The notes beneath the pieces are model-generated. The model did not search any database and had not been told where the DNA came from. It worked only from the letters and a program-made list of their open reading frames with translations. Made by a program: the position numbers and the translations under genes. A stretch of 38,118 nt of DNA from Chloroflexota bacterium (GTDB lineage: Bacteria; Chloroflexota; UBA11872). Shown here piece by piece: positions 7,170-17,022 of this stretch (its first letter is position 1; each line of letters begins with the position of its first letter). The DNA is taken from positions 1 to 38,118 of the forward strand of contig VXPS01000264.1 of the NCBI GenBank assembly GCA_009839425.1. The letters run 5' to 3'.

Positions 7170-10032
7170 GCGCAAGCCTAGTCGCCTGATCGCGCGTCCG
7201 CGCAAGCGCGGCGGCCGTATCTGGTTGTGGCTGAGCCTTGCCGCCACCGGGCTAGCCAGCGTCGCCGCCGTCCTGGTGGCCGCGGTCATCGCCACCGGCG
7301 CCGCCGTGGCTATCGCGCTGAACGTCGCCGCCACATTCCTGACGGACCTGCCGCCGGTCGATGAGATCGCCACGGTCGGCGGCGAACTTTTCCAGACCAC
7401 TACGATCCACGACCGGCGTGGCCGGCCGCTTGGCGAGCTGCTGGGCGAGGGCCGCCGCCGGGTGGTGCCGCCCGAGGACATCCCGCAGGTGGTCAAGATC
7501 GCCGTGGTCGCGGCCGAGGACGCCACCTTCTACGACAACCCCGGCGTAGAGATTCGCGCGATCGCCCGCGCGCTCTGGAATAACTGGCGGGGCGGCGAGG
7601 TCGTGTCCGGCGCCAGCACTATCACCCAGCAGCTCGTCAAGAACGCCCTGCTCACGCCCGAAGAGACCTACGAACGCAAGCTGCGCGAGGCCGTGCTGGC
7701 CTGGCAGATCAGCCAACGGTTCTCCAAGGACGAGATTCTTGGTCTGTACCTGAACCAGAACCACTACGGCGGCCTGACCTACGGGGTGGCCGCTGCGGCC
7801 GAGACCTACTTCGACAAGGATCTGGTCGACGTAACGCTGGCCGAGGCCGCCATGCTGGTGGGCCTGCTACCTGCGCCATCGCTGCACAACCCGCACGTGG
7901 ACCCGCAGGCCGCTCGGCGCGAGCAGCTGCGGGTGCTGGCGGCCATAGCTCGCCACGGACTGGCGCCGGCGGGGGCCGTGGTGGCGGCTCGGGAGGAGGA
8001 GGTGCAGATCGCGCCGCCGCTGGAGACGAGTTCCCCGGCGCCGCATTTCCTGGACTACGTGGTGCGCGACCTGCAGGACCGCTACGGCCCGGAGATCAGC
8101 CGCCAGGGCTGGGAGATCACCACGACGTTGGACCTGGATCTGCAGGCCGCGGCCGACGCCGCGGTCCGCGAACACGTGGCGACCCTGGCCGACCGCGAGG
8201 TCACCAACGGGGCGCTGGTCGCCATCCGCCCGGCCACCGGGGAGATCCTGGCGATGGTCGGCAGCCTGGACTTCAACGACGAGGCCATCGACGGCCAGGT
8301 CAACGTGACCACATCGCTGCGGCAGCCGGGATCGGCGTTCAAGATGCTCACGTACGCCAGCGCGCTGGAGCAGGGCTACAGCCCGGCCACCATGCTGCTG
8401 GATATTCCGACCACGGTGCCCATCGCCGGCCAGGAGCCGTACCGGCCGCGCAATTACGATCGGAAGTTTCGCGGCCCGGTGAGCCTGCGCACCGCCCTGG
8501 GCAGTTCGCTCAACATTCCGGCCGTGCGCACGCAACTGTTCGCCGGCATCGACGCGACGCTGGACGTCGCGGATCGGCTTGGCATCACAACGCTCACGGA
8601 CCGATCACGCATCGGCCCGGCGGTAGCCCTGGGCTCCAACGAGGTGCGGCTGCTTGAACTGACCGGCGCGTACGCCTCCGTGGCCGCTGGCGGCCGACGG
8701 GTGACGCCTTCGGCAGTGTTGTGCATCCGCGATGCCCGCGGGCTGATCGTGGAGCAACTGGGCGACGGCTGCTCGCTGGCCGACGACGGGTCGCCGTTCG
8801 CGCTAGCGCGGGTACCGCTCAGCGCGCGTGTGCTTGCGCCGGATGTTTCGTACCTGATGACGTCAATCCATTCCGATCGGGCCGCCCGGGAAGTCGGCTT
8901 CGGGCAGGTTCGCGAACTGCTGGACCTGGCCGACCGCCCGGCCGCCGTCAAGACCGGGACCACCGAGAACACGCGCGACGCGCTGACGGTGGGCTTTACG
9001 CCGCAACTGGCCGCCGGCGTATGGGTGGGGAACGCCGACGGCACGCCGATGGACGATGTGACCGGCGCCCGCGGCGCCGGGCCGATCTGGCGGCGCTTCA
9101 TGGATCACGCGCATTCCGGCCTGGACATCGTCGACTGGCCGCGTCCACCCACCGTGATCGAGCAGGAAGTCGACGCGCTGTCCGGGCTGTTGCCCTCGCC
9201 GTTCACACCGGAGACCCGCATGGAGGAGTTCGCGCCGGGAACGGTTCCAACGCAGCGCGACGTCATCCACCAGCCGTTTCGCATCCACGTCCCCACCGGC
9301 CTCCTGGCAACACCGGACTCGCCACCCGAGGAGGTGGAAGAACAGGTATTTGTCGTGCTTCCGACCGAGGCGGAGGCCTGGCAGCGCGGGGTGGACGAGG
9401 ACTCGCGGTTCCGGCTCCCGCCCGACGCTTTTGCAGGGGGCGCCGGATCTGCCGTGGCGACGGCCGAAGGGGTTGGCGCCCACATCAGGGCGCCGGCGGA
9501 AGGCCAGGCCGTCCGAACCATCATGGAAATCTTCGGCACGGCCACGATCGGCGGATTCGTCGCATCCGAGCTGCACTACGGGGTTGGGCCCGCGCCGGGC
9601 GCCTGGACACGGATTGGCTCGCCGGCGGACGCGCCCCGGACGGAGCAACAGCTTGAGGCGGTCGATACCATCCAACTGCCCGACGGCATGTACACGTTGC
9701 GACTGACGGTTCGGGCGGCCGACGGGGGCGCGGAGATTGCGTACCGGCGATTCCTGGTGGACAACACGCCGCCGGTCGTGGAGGTGGTGGGCTTGGGCGC
9801 CGAGACCAGCGCGGCCGCCGGAACGGTGCCCCTGGGGGCCGAGGTGGAAGATGCCGGCGGCGTAGCCAGGGTGGAGTTCTACGTCAACGGCGAATCGGTG
9901 GGGGTCGCCCGGTTCGCGCCCTACCAAGTGGCGTGGTCCAGCGAGCCGGGGGAGCACGAGGTGGTGGCGATCGCGACCGACCGGGCCGGCAACACCGCGA
10001 CCTCGGAGCCCGTGACGTTTCGAGCCGGCTGA
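7168..10032 (+). CDS. Class A penicillin-binding protein (transglycosylase + transpeptidase) with C-terminal Ig-like domains
   Basis: N-terminal TM; AAEDATFY, GASTITQQLVKN, RKLRE; SAFK (SxxK), SLN (SxN), KTGT; C-terminal GVARVEFYVNG...ATDRAGN. Confidence 0.93.
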   Translation: MRKPSRLIARPRKRGGRIWLWLSLAATGLASVAAVLVAAVIATGAAVAIALNVAATFLTDLPPVDEIATVGGELFQTTTIHDRRGRPLGELLGEGRRRVVPPEDIPQVVKIAVVAAEDATFYDNPGVEIRAIARALWNNWRGGEVVSGASTITQQLVKNALLTPEETYERKLREAVLAWQISQRFSKDEILGLYLNQNHYGGLTYGVAAAAETYFDKDLVDVTLAEAAMLVGLLPAPSLHNPHVDPQAARREQLRVLAAIARHGLAPAGAVVAAREEEVQIAPPLETSSPAPHFLDYVVRDLQDRYGPEISRQGWEITTTLDLDLQAAADAAVREHVATLADREVTNGALVAIRPATGEILAMVGSLDFNDEAIDGQVNVTTSLRQPGSAFKMLTYASALEQGYSPATMLLDIPTTVPIAGQEPYRPRNYDRKFRGPVSLRTALGSSLNIPAVRTQLFAGIDATLDVADRLGITTLTDRSRIGPAVALGSNEVRLLELTGAYASVAAGGRRVTPSAVLCIRDARGLIVEQLGDGCSLADDGSPFALARVPLSARVLAPDVSYLMTSIHSDRAAREVGFGQVRELLDLADRPAAVKTGTTENTRDALTVGFTPQLAAGVWVGNADGTPMDDVTGARGAGPIWRRFMDHAHSGLDIVDWPRPPTVIEQEVDALSGLLPSPFTPETRMEEFAPGTVPTQRDVIHQPFRIHVPTGLLATPDSPPEEVEEQVFVVLPTEAEAWQRGVDEDSRFRLPPDAFAGGAGSAVATAEGVGAHIRAPAEGQAVRTIMEIFGTATIGGFVASELHYGVGPAPGAWTRIGSPADAPRTEQQLEAVDTIQLPDGMYTLRLTVRAADGGAEIAYRRFLVDNTPPVVEVVGLGAETSAAAGTVPLGAEVEDAGGVARVEFYVNGESVGVARFAPYQVAWSSEPGEHEVVAIATDRAGNTATSEPVTFRAG

Positions 10033-10214
10033 GGGGTGGCGCTTCGCCGCATTCAGCGGTCGGGTTCCGCGTGTACAATGCGGCTACGTTCTCGTCTGTA
10101 GCGCGCGTTCTTGGGCCCCAGGCGTATTAGGGGAGGCTCCGTGGCGCGAGACCGCCGGCAGTTGTTGACCTGGGGGCGCCATAAGCCCGGCGGCCCTGGA
10201 GATAGGGGGCCGCG

Positions 10215-11204
10215 GTGAGGAGCCTGCGACAGTACCGACTGTTCGTCACGCTTCTGGTTCTGCCGGTACTTGCCATCGTGCTGATCGTGGTGCTGGTCAT
10301 GGCCTTGACCGGCGGCGGTGAGGAAGAGTCGACCGCGGGGGCCACCCCAACCGCGACGCCCACCGCTGTGGCCGGAGGTCTACCGTCAACCCCCTCGGCC
10401 ATAGGCGTGACCCCCGTGGCGCCGCCGATCACCGTGGCGCCAACCCAGCCGCCAGTGCCCGAGCCAACGCCGCCCGCCACGCCCACGCCCACCGAGCCGC
10501 CGGTTCCCACGCCCACACCCACACCGGAAGGCCCGATCGAATACGCGGTGCAGGAGGGCGACACGCTGTTCTCCATCGCCTCGGCGTATGGCGTGAGCGT
10601 TGCCGATGTCGTCGACTTCAATGACCTGCCGGACGAGAACTTCATCTTCGTCGGCCAGGTGCTCGAGATTCCGACGGACCCGGCCCAGGTCATCGAGCGG
10701 CGCGAATCGCGGCCCGTGGCTACGACAGCCGTGGTGGTGCCCAGCGACGGGCTGAACGTGCGCTCGGCGCCCAGCACCGAGACCGGCGAGATCCAGTACG
10801 TCGCGCCCGGCGGCAGCGAGCTCGCGCTTACCGGAGTCATCGAAGTGATCGACGGGATTGAGTGGCGCGAAGTTGATGACGGCAACTGGGTGCAGGCGCA
10901 GTACCTGGAGATCGGCGTCCGGGCCGCTCCAACGGCCGCCCCGGCCGAAACGGCCGCACCTCAGCCCACGCCGGCGCCGGCCGCCACCCAGGCGCCCGCG
11001 GGCGAAACCGTGCGCGCCACCGTGGTTCCAACGGCCGGCCTGAACGTGCGCGTGTCCGCCGACCCCAACGCCTCGGTGGCCTACGTCGCGCCTGGCGCGT
11101 CGGAAGTTGAGCTCACCGGGGAGACCCAGATCGTCAACGGCGTCACCTGGTGGCGGCTGACCGACGGCAACTGGGTCCAGGGCCAGTTCCTGAAGTTCGG
11201 CTAG
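10215..11204 (+). CDS. Membrane-anchored LysM + tandem SH3-like domain protein
   Basis: TM helix, P/T linker, LysM YAVQEGDTLFSIASAYGVSVADVVDFNDL...GQVLEIP, two GLNVR...DGNWVQ repeats. Confidence 0.88.
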   Translation: MRSLRQYRLFVTLLVLPVLAIVLIVVLVMALTGGGEEESTAGATPTATPTAVAGGLPSTPSAIGVTPVAPPITVAPTQPPVPEPTPPATPTPTEPPVPTPTPTPEGPIEYAVQEGDTLFSIASAYGVSVADVVDFNDLPDENFIFVGQVLEIPTDPAQVIERRESRPVATTAVVVPSDGLNVRSAPSTETGEIQYVAPGGSELALTGVIEVIDGIEWREVDDGNWVQAQYLEIGVRAAPTAAPAETAAPQPTPAPAATQAPAGETVRATVVPTAGLNVRVSADPNASVAYVAPGASEVELTGETQIVNGVTWWRLTDGNWVQGQFLKFG

Positions 11205-11218
11205 CCCAACAGTCTGTT

Positions 11219-11255
11219 CAAAAGGGGGCGCTCCTCAGGGGGCGCCCCTTTTTTG
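11219..11255. terminator. Bidirectional intrinsic terminator
   Basis: AAAA-GGGGGCGCTCC-loop-GGGGCGCCCC-TTTTTT between convergent genes. Confidence 0.85.
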
Positions 11256-11263
11256 CTACGTCC

Positions 11264-12304
11264 TCAGGAAACGGCCGGACTGCCCGGCGCCAGCCAGCGG
11301 TCCATGAAGTCGAGCGAGGCCTCGGCGCGGTACTCGTGGCCGCCGTCGAATTCGTCGCGCTCCAGCCGCTCCGGCACGCCCGCCGCCGCATAAATCGCGG
11401 CCACGCGCGCGTGCGCGTCGCGCGAGGCGGCAATCGGGAAGCCGCGGTCAGCGCGACCGGCCTCGATCAGCAATGGCCGCGGCGCGATCAGCCCGTGGAG
11501 ATCCGGGACGTCGGCATAGGCGTAGATTCCCGGGAGAAACTGCGAGCCGCAGAAGTTCCCGGTGTCCAGCGCGTAGGCCCGGAACGTGGTGAGGTAGCCG
11601 CTCACCACCGCCGCTCGGATTCGCGTGTCCAGCGCGCCCAGGTACATGGTGCGCGTGCCGCCGAACGAGAGGCCTGCGCAGCCCAGCCGTCCGGCGTCCA
11701 CCTCCGGTAGCGCGGCCAGGATGTCGAGGGCCCGCTTGTCGTCCTGGATGTTCAGCGCCATCAGGTTGATGCCGAACAGCAGGGCGCGCATGAAGTTGAT
11801 GTTGCAGCCGTCGCGCTGCCCGTAGCGGCGGAATCCCTCGGCGCGCTCGCCAAAGCCGATCGCGTCGGGGGCCAGCACCACGTGCCCCCGCTCGGCATAG
11901 CGCCGCGCGAAGCTCCGATAGATATTGCCGGGGTCGTCGTCACGGGCGACGAGCGGGTCCTTGCCGTCCCCGTGGCCGTGCAGCGCCAGGATTCCGGCCG
12001 CTGGCCGCTCGGGCGACGCGGTGTTCGGAATCAGCAGCCAGGCCGGAACCCAGACGTCGGGAGCGGTCTCGTATACCAGCTTGTGCTGCACGTAGGCGCC
12101 ACAGTCCGTGGATTCCAGGATCTCCGGTTCCGCCCCTGTCAGCGCGGGCAGGTCGCCCAGCAGCGACTCCACCCGCTCGAGCAAAGCCGCCCGCCAGGCG
12201 CCGAAGTCCATGCCCGGGTGAAACGCCAACGAGGGTTCCCGCGCCTCGTCGATCCCGTCGATGAACCGGTCGAAGTCGTACGCGGGCGGATTCAGAGCCG
12301 TCAC
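11264..12304 (-). CDS. Alpha/beta hydrolase (dienelactone hydrolase / acetylxylan esterase-like)
   Basis: LHGHG, APDAIGFGER, nucleophile elbow GLSFGG, APRPLLI, C-terminal GGH. Confidence 0.88.
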   Translation of the reverse strand: MTALNPPAYDFDRFIDGIDEAREPSLAFHPGMDFGAWRAALLERVESLLGDLPALTGAEPEILESTDCGAYVQHKLVYETAPDVWVPAWLLIPNTASPERPAAGILALHGHGDGKDPLVARDDDPGNIYRSFARRYAERGHVVLAPDAIGFGERAEGFRRYGQRDGCNINFMRALLFGINLMALNIQDDKRALDILAALPEVDAGRLGCAGLSFGGTRTMYLGALDTRIRAAVVSGYLTTFRAYALDTGNFCGSQFLPGIYAYADVPDLHGLIAPRPLLIEAGRADRGFPIAASRDAHARVAAIYAAAGVPERLERDEFDGGHEYRAEASLDFMDRWLAPGSPAVS

Positions 12305-13086
12305 GACGCCGGAACGCGGGCCCGCAAGTAGTCCAGGGCGGGCCCGGCCTGGGCCGCGAAGTCGGTGAACCGCTTGCCGTTGTCCTCCACGCTCATCCGA
12401 AGGTCATAGCCTGTGGCCAGCAGGGCGTCGAGAAAGTCGTCAAACCCGGGATCCGTCGGCTGCTCCGGCGCGCCGGGGATGGGAGGCACGGGTACGTGAA
12501 TGTGGCGCAGGCGCGGCGCGACTTCGGCCAGCGTCTCCAGCGGCTCGTCGTTGTGAAACACGTGGAACCAGTCGGCCAGCGTCCACACGCGCGGATGTCC
12601 GCTTTGCCGGGCGGCCACGAAGCCTTCGACGATCGTGTTGATGGTGTCGCAGACATCCCGCCACAGCGGTTCGATCACCAGGTCCATGTCGTGATCGGCC
12701 GCGATGCCGCCGGCCAGCAGCAGAAAGTCCTGCAACTGCCCCGGCACCAGGTGGTGGTCGAATCCCGGCGGCGTGGAACGAGCGCCGCCGCTCCCGAACA
12801 CCACCAGCTTCGTGCCCAGGTCGCGCATGCGGCCCATGGCCGTGGTCACGTAGGCGTGCAGGCCCTCCAGGTCGCGGTCGGGACCCACCACGGGGTGGTG
12901 CGGGGGGATGAACACGTTCAGGGCTTCGGGAGGCAGGCCGGCGTCCTCGATCTGTCGCTTGATCGGGGCGTACACGGTCTCGTCGTCGTCGGGCCGCAGG
13001 TCCACGACGCGCAGCTCGGCGTAGTCGTAGCCGGCCGCTCGCATGGCCGGCATGTTCTCGATAGGTCCGCAGCAGCCGAATCGCAT
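12301..13086 (-). CDS. Sugar phosphate isomerase/epimerase (xylose-isomerase-like TIM barrel)
   Basis: GYDYAEL, VVFGSGGAR, IEPL, DWFH, HIH, SVE metal-ligand pattern; 4-nt overlap with the hydrolase gene. Confidence 0.85.
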   Translation of the reverse strand: MRFGCCGPIENMPAMRAAGYDYAELRVVDLRPDDDETVYAPIKRQIEDAGLPPEALNVFIPPHHPVVGPDRDLEGLHAYVTTAMGRMRDLGTKLVVFGSGGARSTPPGFDHHLVPGQLQDFLLLAGGIAADHDMDLVIEPLWRDVCDTINTIVEGFVAARQSGHPRVWTLADWFHVFHNDEPLETLAEVAPRLRHIHVPVPPIPGAPEQPTDPGFDDFLDALLATGYDLRMSVEDNGKRFTDFAAQAGPALDYLRARVPAS

Positions 13087-13163
13087 AAGGCGCGTATCCG
13101 TTCTCAGGCCGGGCTGCCCGGCATGGTACGCGAGCGCCCGTCCAGACCCGGGGCAACGGCCGA

Positions 13164-13844
13164 ATGACCTACGACGACCAAAGCGAACTGCTGGAGGTCG
13201 TAACGCCCGACGGCCGCTCGACCGGACGCCTGCTGCCGCGACTGCAGATTCACCGCGAGGGCCACTGGCACCTCACGCGCACGGTCTGGGTGGTCCTGAC
13301 CGGCGAGCCAAACGGCCCCGGCCTGGTGCTCCAGCAACGCGGGTTGACCAAGGACACCTGGGGCGGTCTGCTGGACGTCAGCAGCGCCGGCCACCTGGCG
13401 CCCGACGATCCGGATCCGTGGCGCGAGCTGGAGGAGGAGCTGGGCGTGCGGCCAACCGAAGGGCCGCTCATCCAGCTTGGCACCCGGCGCGTCGAGGGCC
13501 TGCATGTCAAGGACGGTCTCGTTGACCGGGAACTGCAGGACCTCTGGCTCTGGCTGGCCCCGCTTGCCCTGGAGGATCTGCGTCCGCAGGCCGGTGAGAT
13601 CGAGGCTTTGCTCAGCTTGGATCTGAGCGTCGTGGCCGATCTGGAGAAAAGCGAGTCACGTACACCGGCACGACGGATGGACGCGGTAACGCGGGAGATC
13701 GCATCGGCCGTTGTCGTCTCGCCGGAGCTGACACCCGGCCTCGGCCCGTTCGCGGCGCACCTGGCCGAATTGGCCCGCCGTGCCCTGGATGGCGAGCGCG
13801 ACCTGCGCTACGACCGCAGACACGACCTCCGCGCCGAAACCTGA
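13164..13844 (+). CDS. NUDIX hydrolase, IPP-isomerase-like
   Basis: IHREGHWH, LVLQQR, KDTWGGLLDVSSAGH, RELEEELG. Confidence 0.8.
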   Translation: MTYDDQSELLEVVTPDGRSTGRLLPRLQIHREGHWHLTRTVWVVLTGEPNGPGLVLQQRGLTKDTWGGLLDVSSAGHLAPDDPDPWRELEEELGVRPTEGPLIQLGTRRVEGLHVKDGLVDRELQDLWLWLAPLALEDLRPQAGEIEALLSLDLSVVADLEKSESRTPARRMDAVTREIASAVVVSPELTPGLGPFAAHLAELARRALDGERDLRYDRRHDLRAET

Positions 13845-13902
13845 CGGGCCGGGCCGCTTTCCGCGACCCGGCCCGCTGGGGGAGGGAGGGGATGTGGATT
13901 GG

Positions 13903-14841
13903 CTAATTGATGGTGATGTCGCTCACGCCGGCTTCGATCTTGATCGTCACGCGGTTGGCGGCGCTCTCGAAGTCCGGAGAGACGTAACGGTCGCCCTGCT
14001 TCGGGAACCGCGACTCGTCGATATTCAAGCTTGAAATCCCGCCGTCGAAGTCGATTCGCGCCGCAACGCCGGCCGGAACCGTGATGTCCAGGTCCGCCGC
14101 GCCGATGTTGAACTCAGCGGCTGTTCGTCCCGCGTTGGCCGGCAACACCACGTCAATGTCCGCGGCGCCCCCGTCAACGTTCAGGCTCTGCACATTCAAC
14201 TCCCGCAGGTCGAGATCGAGGTCCGATGCTCCCGTCTCTATACGGATATCGGTAGGAATGCCCTCGGCGTGACGCAGAATCCAGCGTCCTTCCGATGAAC
14301 GTGAGCGGCGCGGCGGAAACTCGAAGTTCCACTCCGTGTTGAGCCGCACGTCCACCGTCTGTCGACCATTCGACGACCGAACGCTCACGCGCTGGTCCGT
14401 CACTTCGGCTACGGACCCCTGGGATCCGCCGGACAAGAGCAGGCCCGCCGGGGCGCCGCCCGTGAGCGAAAGATCGCCGGCCGCCACGGTCAGGTTCAGG
14501 CGCGCCGACTGCGCGCCGTCGCTCTTCACCGAGATCGACTCGCTGCTGATGGTGAGGCCTCGCGGCGACCCGGGGTCGGCCACCGCCAGCACCCAGGCCG
14601 CGACCAGTGACCCCGTGACCACGGCAAGCGCGGCCACCGAGCCCAGCCAGGCGCCCTTCCGCGACAGCACCAGGTTCACGCCCACGGCCACCAGCAGCAG
14701 GGGCCAAAGGGTCCAGAACTCGCCCCAGAAACCGTCCGGCAGCACATTGAAGTTCCAGAGCAGACCGAATACGCCCAGCAGGATCAGGACGCCGGCGAAA
14801 CCGAAGCCCGACTGCCGGGCCAGGGTTCGTGAGTCGTTCAT
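13903..14841 (-). CDS. LiaF-like/DUF5668 membrane protein with extracytoplasmic beta-solenoid, paralog 1
   Basis: N-terminal TMs with LWPLLLVAVG; repeated xGAxDlxl strands. Start at ATG 14841 after AGGAGG, ATGA-coupled to the upstream gene. Confidence 0.8.
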   Translation of the reverse strand: MNDSRTLARQSGFGFAGVLILLGVFGLLWNFNVLPDGFWGEFWTLWPLLLVAVGVNLVLSRKGAWLGSVAALAVVTGSLVAAWVLAVADPGSPRGLTISSESISVKSDGAQSARLNLTVAAGDLSLTGGAPAGLLLSGGSQGSVAEVTDQRVSVRSSNGRQTVDVRLNTEWNFEFPPRRSRSSEGRWILRHAEGIPTDIRIETGASDLDLDLRELNVQSLNVDGGAADIDVVLPANAGRTAAEFNIGAADLDITVPAGVAARIDFDGGISSLNIDESRFPKQGDRYVSPDFESAANRVTIKIEAGVSDITIN

Positions 14842-15071
14842 GAGGACCTCCTGGCGTCGCTGAAGAAGCTGAAGATCATCACCAGGCCGATCCCGATCAG
14901 GATCACGGGCCACAGGTCGCCGAATTCGACCCAGCCGAGCTCATCCGCAAGGAAGACCGAGCCAACCAGGACCAGGGCCGTACCGCCGACTAGGGCGCCG
15001 TCCCCGCGTCGCCGTCGCCGTCGCTTGCGAGTGGGCGCCGCGCCGTCATGTGTGTCGTTGCGAGCCATCAC
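14838..15071 (-). CDS. Small DUF5668 (LiaI/LiaF-TM-like) two-TM protein
   Basis: Arg run, then GGTALVLVGSVFL and LWPVILIGIGL. Confidence 0.8.
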   Translation of the reverse strand: MMARNDTHDGAAPTRKRRRRRRGDGALVGGTALVLVGSVFLADELGWVEFGDLWPVILIGIGLVMIFSFFSDARRSS

Positions 15072-15077
15072 GCCCCC

Positions 15078-15737
15078 CTAACGCATCCGGCCGAGGATCA
15101 GCGCGCCGCCGATCCCGATCAGAATGAGGGGCCAGAACTGCCAGAAGCTGAGCCAGCTGAACTGGTCCACCAGGGCCAGCGCGCCGATCACGATCAGGAT
15201 GGCCCCGATCACGAAGGCGCCCTGGCCGCGTCGCCGCGCCGCGGCCCGCCGGTGGCGGGCACGCCGTCGCGAGCCCCGACGCTTGCGACGAGCCTCGCGC
15301 CTCCGCTCCCGCGGGGCTTGGGCTAACGGCGCGTCCGAGGCCGCCGTCGTCGAAGCGGCTGCGGCCGCTGCCGCGCTGCCCTCGGCCTTGGGCTCGGCCT
15401 TTTCGTCCTCCGCCTCCTCGCCCTTGTCGTCGGCCTGGTCTGCTTCCTCGCCGGCCGCTGCTTCGTCGGAGCGGTCGGCCGCGGCCTCCTCGTCTTGGTC
15501 TTCGTCCTCTTCGTATTCCTCCTCGTCGTCCTCATACTCGTCTTCGTCGTCGGGCGGCGACGGCATGATGATCGCCATCACGAAGTAGACGACGAGCAGC
15601 ACGCCGCCCGTGAAGACGGCGCCCAGGACCCAGAGCAGCCGGATGATGACCGGGTCAACGTCGAAGTACTCCGCCATCCCGCCGGCCACGCCGGTGAGCA
15701 TTCGGTCCGAGTGGCTGCGGGTCAGCCGGTTGTCCAT
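15078..15737 (-). CDS. pspC: PspC-domain protein with charged linker and C-terminal DUF5668 TM module
   Basis: RLTRSHSDRMLTGVAGGMAEYFDVDPVIIRLLWV...YFVMAIIMP; C-terminal FWPLILIGIG. Confidence 0.9.
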   Translation of the reverse strand: MDNRLTRSHSDRMLTGVAGGMAEYFDVDPVIIRLLWVLGAVFTGGVLLVVYFVMAIIMPSPPDDEDEYEDDEEEYEEDEDQDEEAAADRSDEAAAGEEADQADDKGEEAEDEKAEPKAEGSAAAAAAASTTAASDAPLAQAPRERRREARRKRRGSRRRARHRRAAARRRGQGAFVIGAILIVIGALALVDQFSWLSFWQFWPLILIGIGGALILGRMR

Positions 15738-15802
15738 GAAGGGCCTTTCCGCGGTTGTGTGTGTCGTGCATGGTCACGGTAAGCCGTGAGCGGCGCCCCG
15801 CC

Positions 15803-15853
15803 ATCGCCCCAAGGCCGTAATTTTCGGCGCGGCGAATCGGCCAAAAGGACTAG
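15803..15853 (-). promoter_or_regulatory. Two candidate response-regulator boxes upstream of pspC
   Basis: ATCGCCCCAAGGCCGTAA (15803-15820) and ATCGGCCAAAAGGACTAG (15836-15853), 33 bp apart; a positional homolog occurs at 17122-17139. Confidence 0.35.
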
Positions 15854-15881
15854 GCCCGCCTGGCCGGGCGGGCGGTCGGAA

Positions 15882-16808
15882 CTAGCGGACGGTGATATCG
15901 CCCGCGCCCGCGTCGATCCTGATCGTCACGCGGTTGGCGGCATTCTCGAAGTCGGGGGAGGTATAGCGACCGTCGCCCTGTGACGGGAATCGTGCCGTAT
16001 CGATGTCGACGCTCGATACGCCGCCGGCCAACTCGACTTGGGCCGCGACGCTCGCTGGTATCTCAATGTCCAGGCTGCCCCCGCCGATCCTGAAGCTGGC
16101 GTCCGTACGCCCCGCGTTGGCGGGCATCACCGCCACAATGTCCGCAGCGCCCGCCTCGATATTCAGACTTCGCACCGTCAACTCTTGCAGGTCGAGATCG
16201 AGCGTCGTCGCCCCGCCGTACACGCCGATATCGGTCGGGACGCCGCTGGCGTGTCGCAGCGTCCAGCGCCCATTTGAGATGGGCCGCTCTGGTGGGAAAG
16301 AAACCTCCCAGGAGCCCTGGAGACTGATCTCCAGCGCTTGGCGGTCGCCCGCGGTACTCAGGCGAACGGAATACTGCGCCGCCGGGAAGGCCATCCCCTC
16401 GAATCCGCCGGCCAGCAACTGTCCCGGCGCTGCGCCGCCGCTGAGGGCGAGTACGCCGCTCGAAGCTGTCAGGTTCACCTGTGCCGTCTGCACGCCGTCC
16501 AGCGGCACCGAGATCGACTCGTAAACCACCGGCAAAATCGGTGTCCGGTCGTCGCTGTCGGCCACCCACCAGGCGCCGAACAGGGCGCCCGCCAGAACGG
16601 CCAGGGCCGCCAGTGAGCCCGCCCATGGGTGAACGCGTGACAGCAGAAGGCCGGCGGCCACGGCCGCCAGCCCAAAGGGCCACAGGAGGAACAACTCCCC
16701 CCAGAAGCCATCGGGCAGGACCTCGAAATTCCAGAGCAGCACGAAGGCCCCCACGAGCAGCAGGCTGCCGGGCAATCCGAAACCCCGACGCCGGACCCGC
16801 TCTTTCAT
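15882..16808 (-). CDS. LiaF-like/DUF5668 membrane protein with beta-solenoid, paralog 2
   Basis: Collinear with 13903-14841 (LWNFxVLPDGFWGE, LDLDLxEL, PANAGRT, SPDFExAANRVTI). Confidence 0.8.
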   Translation of the reverse strand: MKERVRRRGFGLPGSLLLVGAFVLLWNFEVLPDGFWGELFLLWPFGLAAVAAGLLLSRVHPWAGSLAALAVLAGALFGAWWVADSDDRTPILPVVYESISVPLDGVQTAQVNLTASSGVLALSGGAAPGQLLAGGFEGMAFPAAQYSVRLSTAGDRQALEISLQGSWEVSFPPERPISNGRWTLRHASGVPTDIGVYGGATTLDLDLQELTVRSLNIEAGAADIVAVMPANAGRTDASFRIGGGSLDIEIPASVAAQVELAGGVSSVDIDTARFPSQGDGRYTSPDFENAANRVTIRIDAGAGDITVR

Positions 16809-16819
16809 CGCCGCCCCCG

Positions 16820-17022
16820 ATGCTCCCCGTCGAGCCGACTATCGGCGTGACGTGCGCCCCGACTGGCGTCACCTGCCATCGGTCGATGGCCTCAGCCAGC
16901 AGGACTGGCCCACCAGGGCCAAAGCGCCAGTCAGGATAAAGGCCGAGCCGCCCGCCGGCGCGCCATCCCCGCGCCGCCGTTAGCATGCGAACCGTGTGGC
17001 TGCGAGCCAGCCACTGATCGCC
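16820..17022 (-). pseudogene. Internally deleted, frameshifted remnant of a pspC/DUF5668 gene
   Basis: DQWLARSHTVRMLT matches PspC DNRLTRSHSDRMLT; another frame (16979-16869) gives RRRGDGAPAGGSAFILTGALALVGQSCWL, matching RRRGQGAFVIGAILIVIGALALVDQFSWL. Confidence 0.75.
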
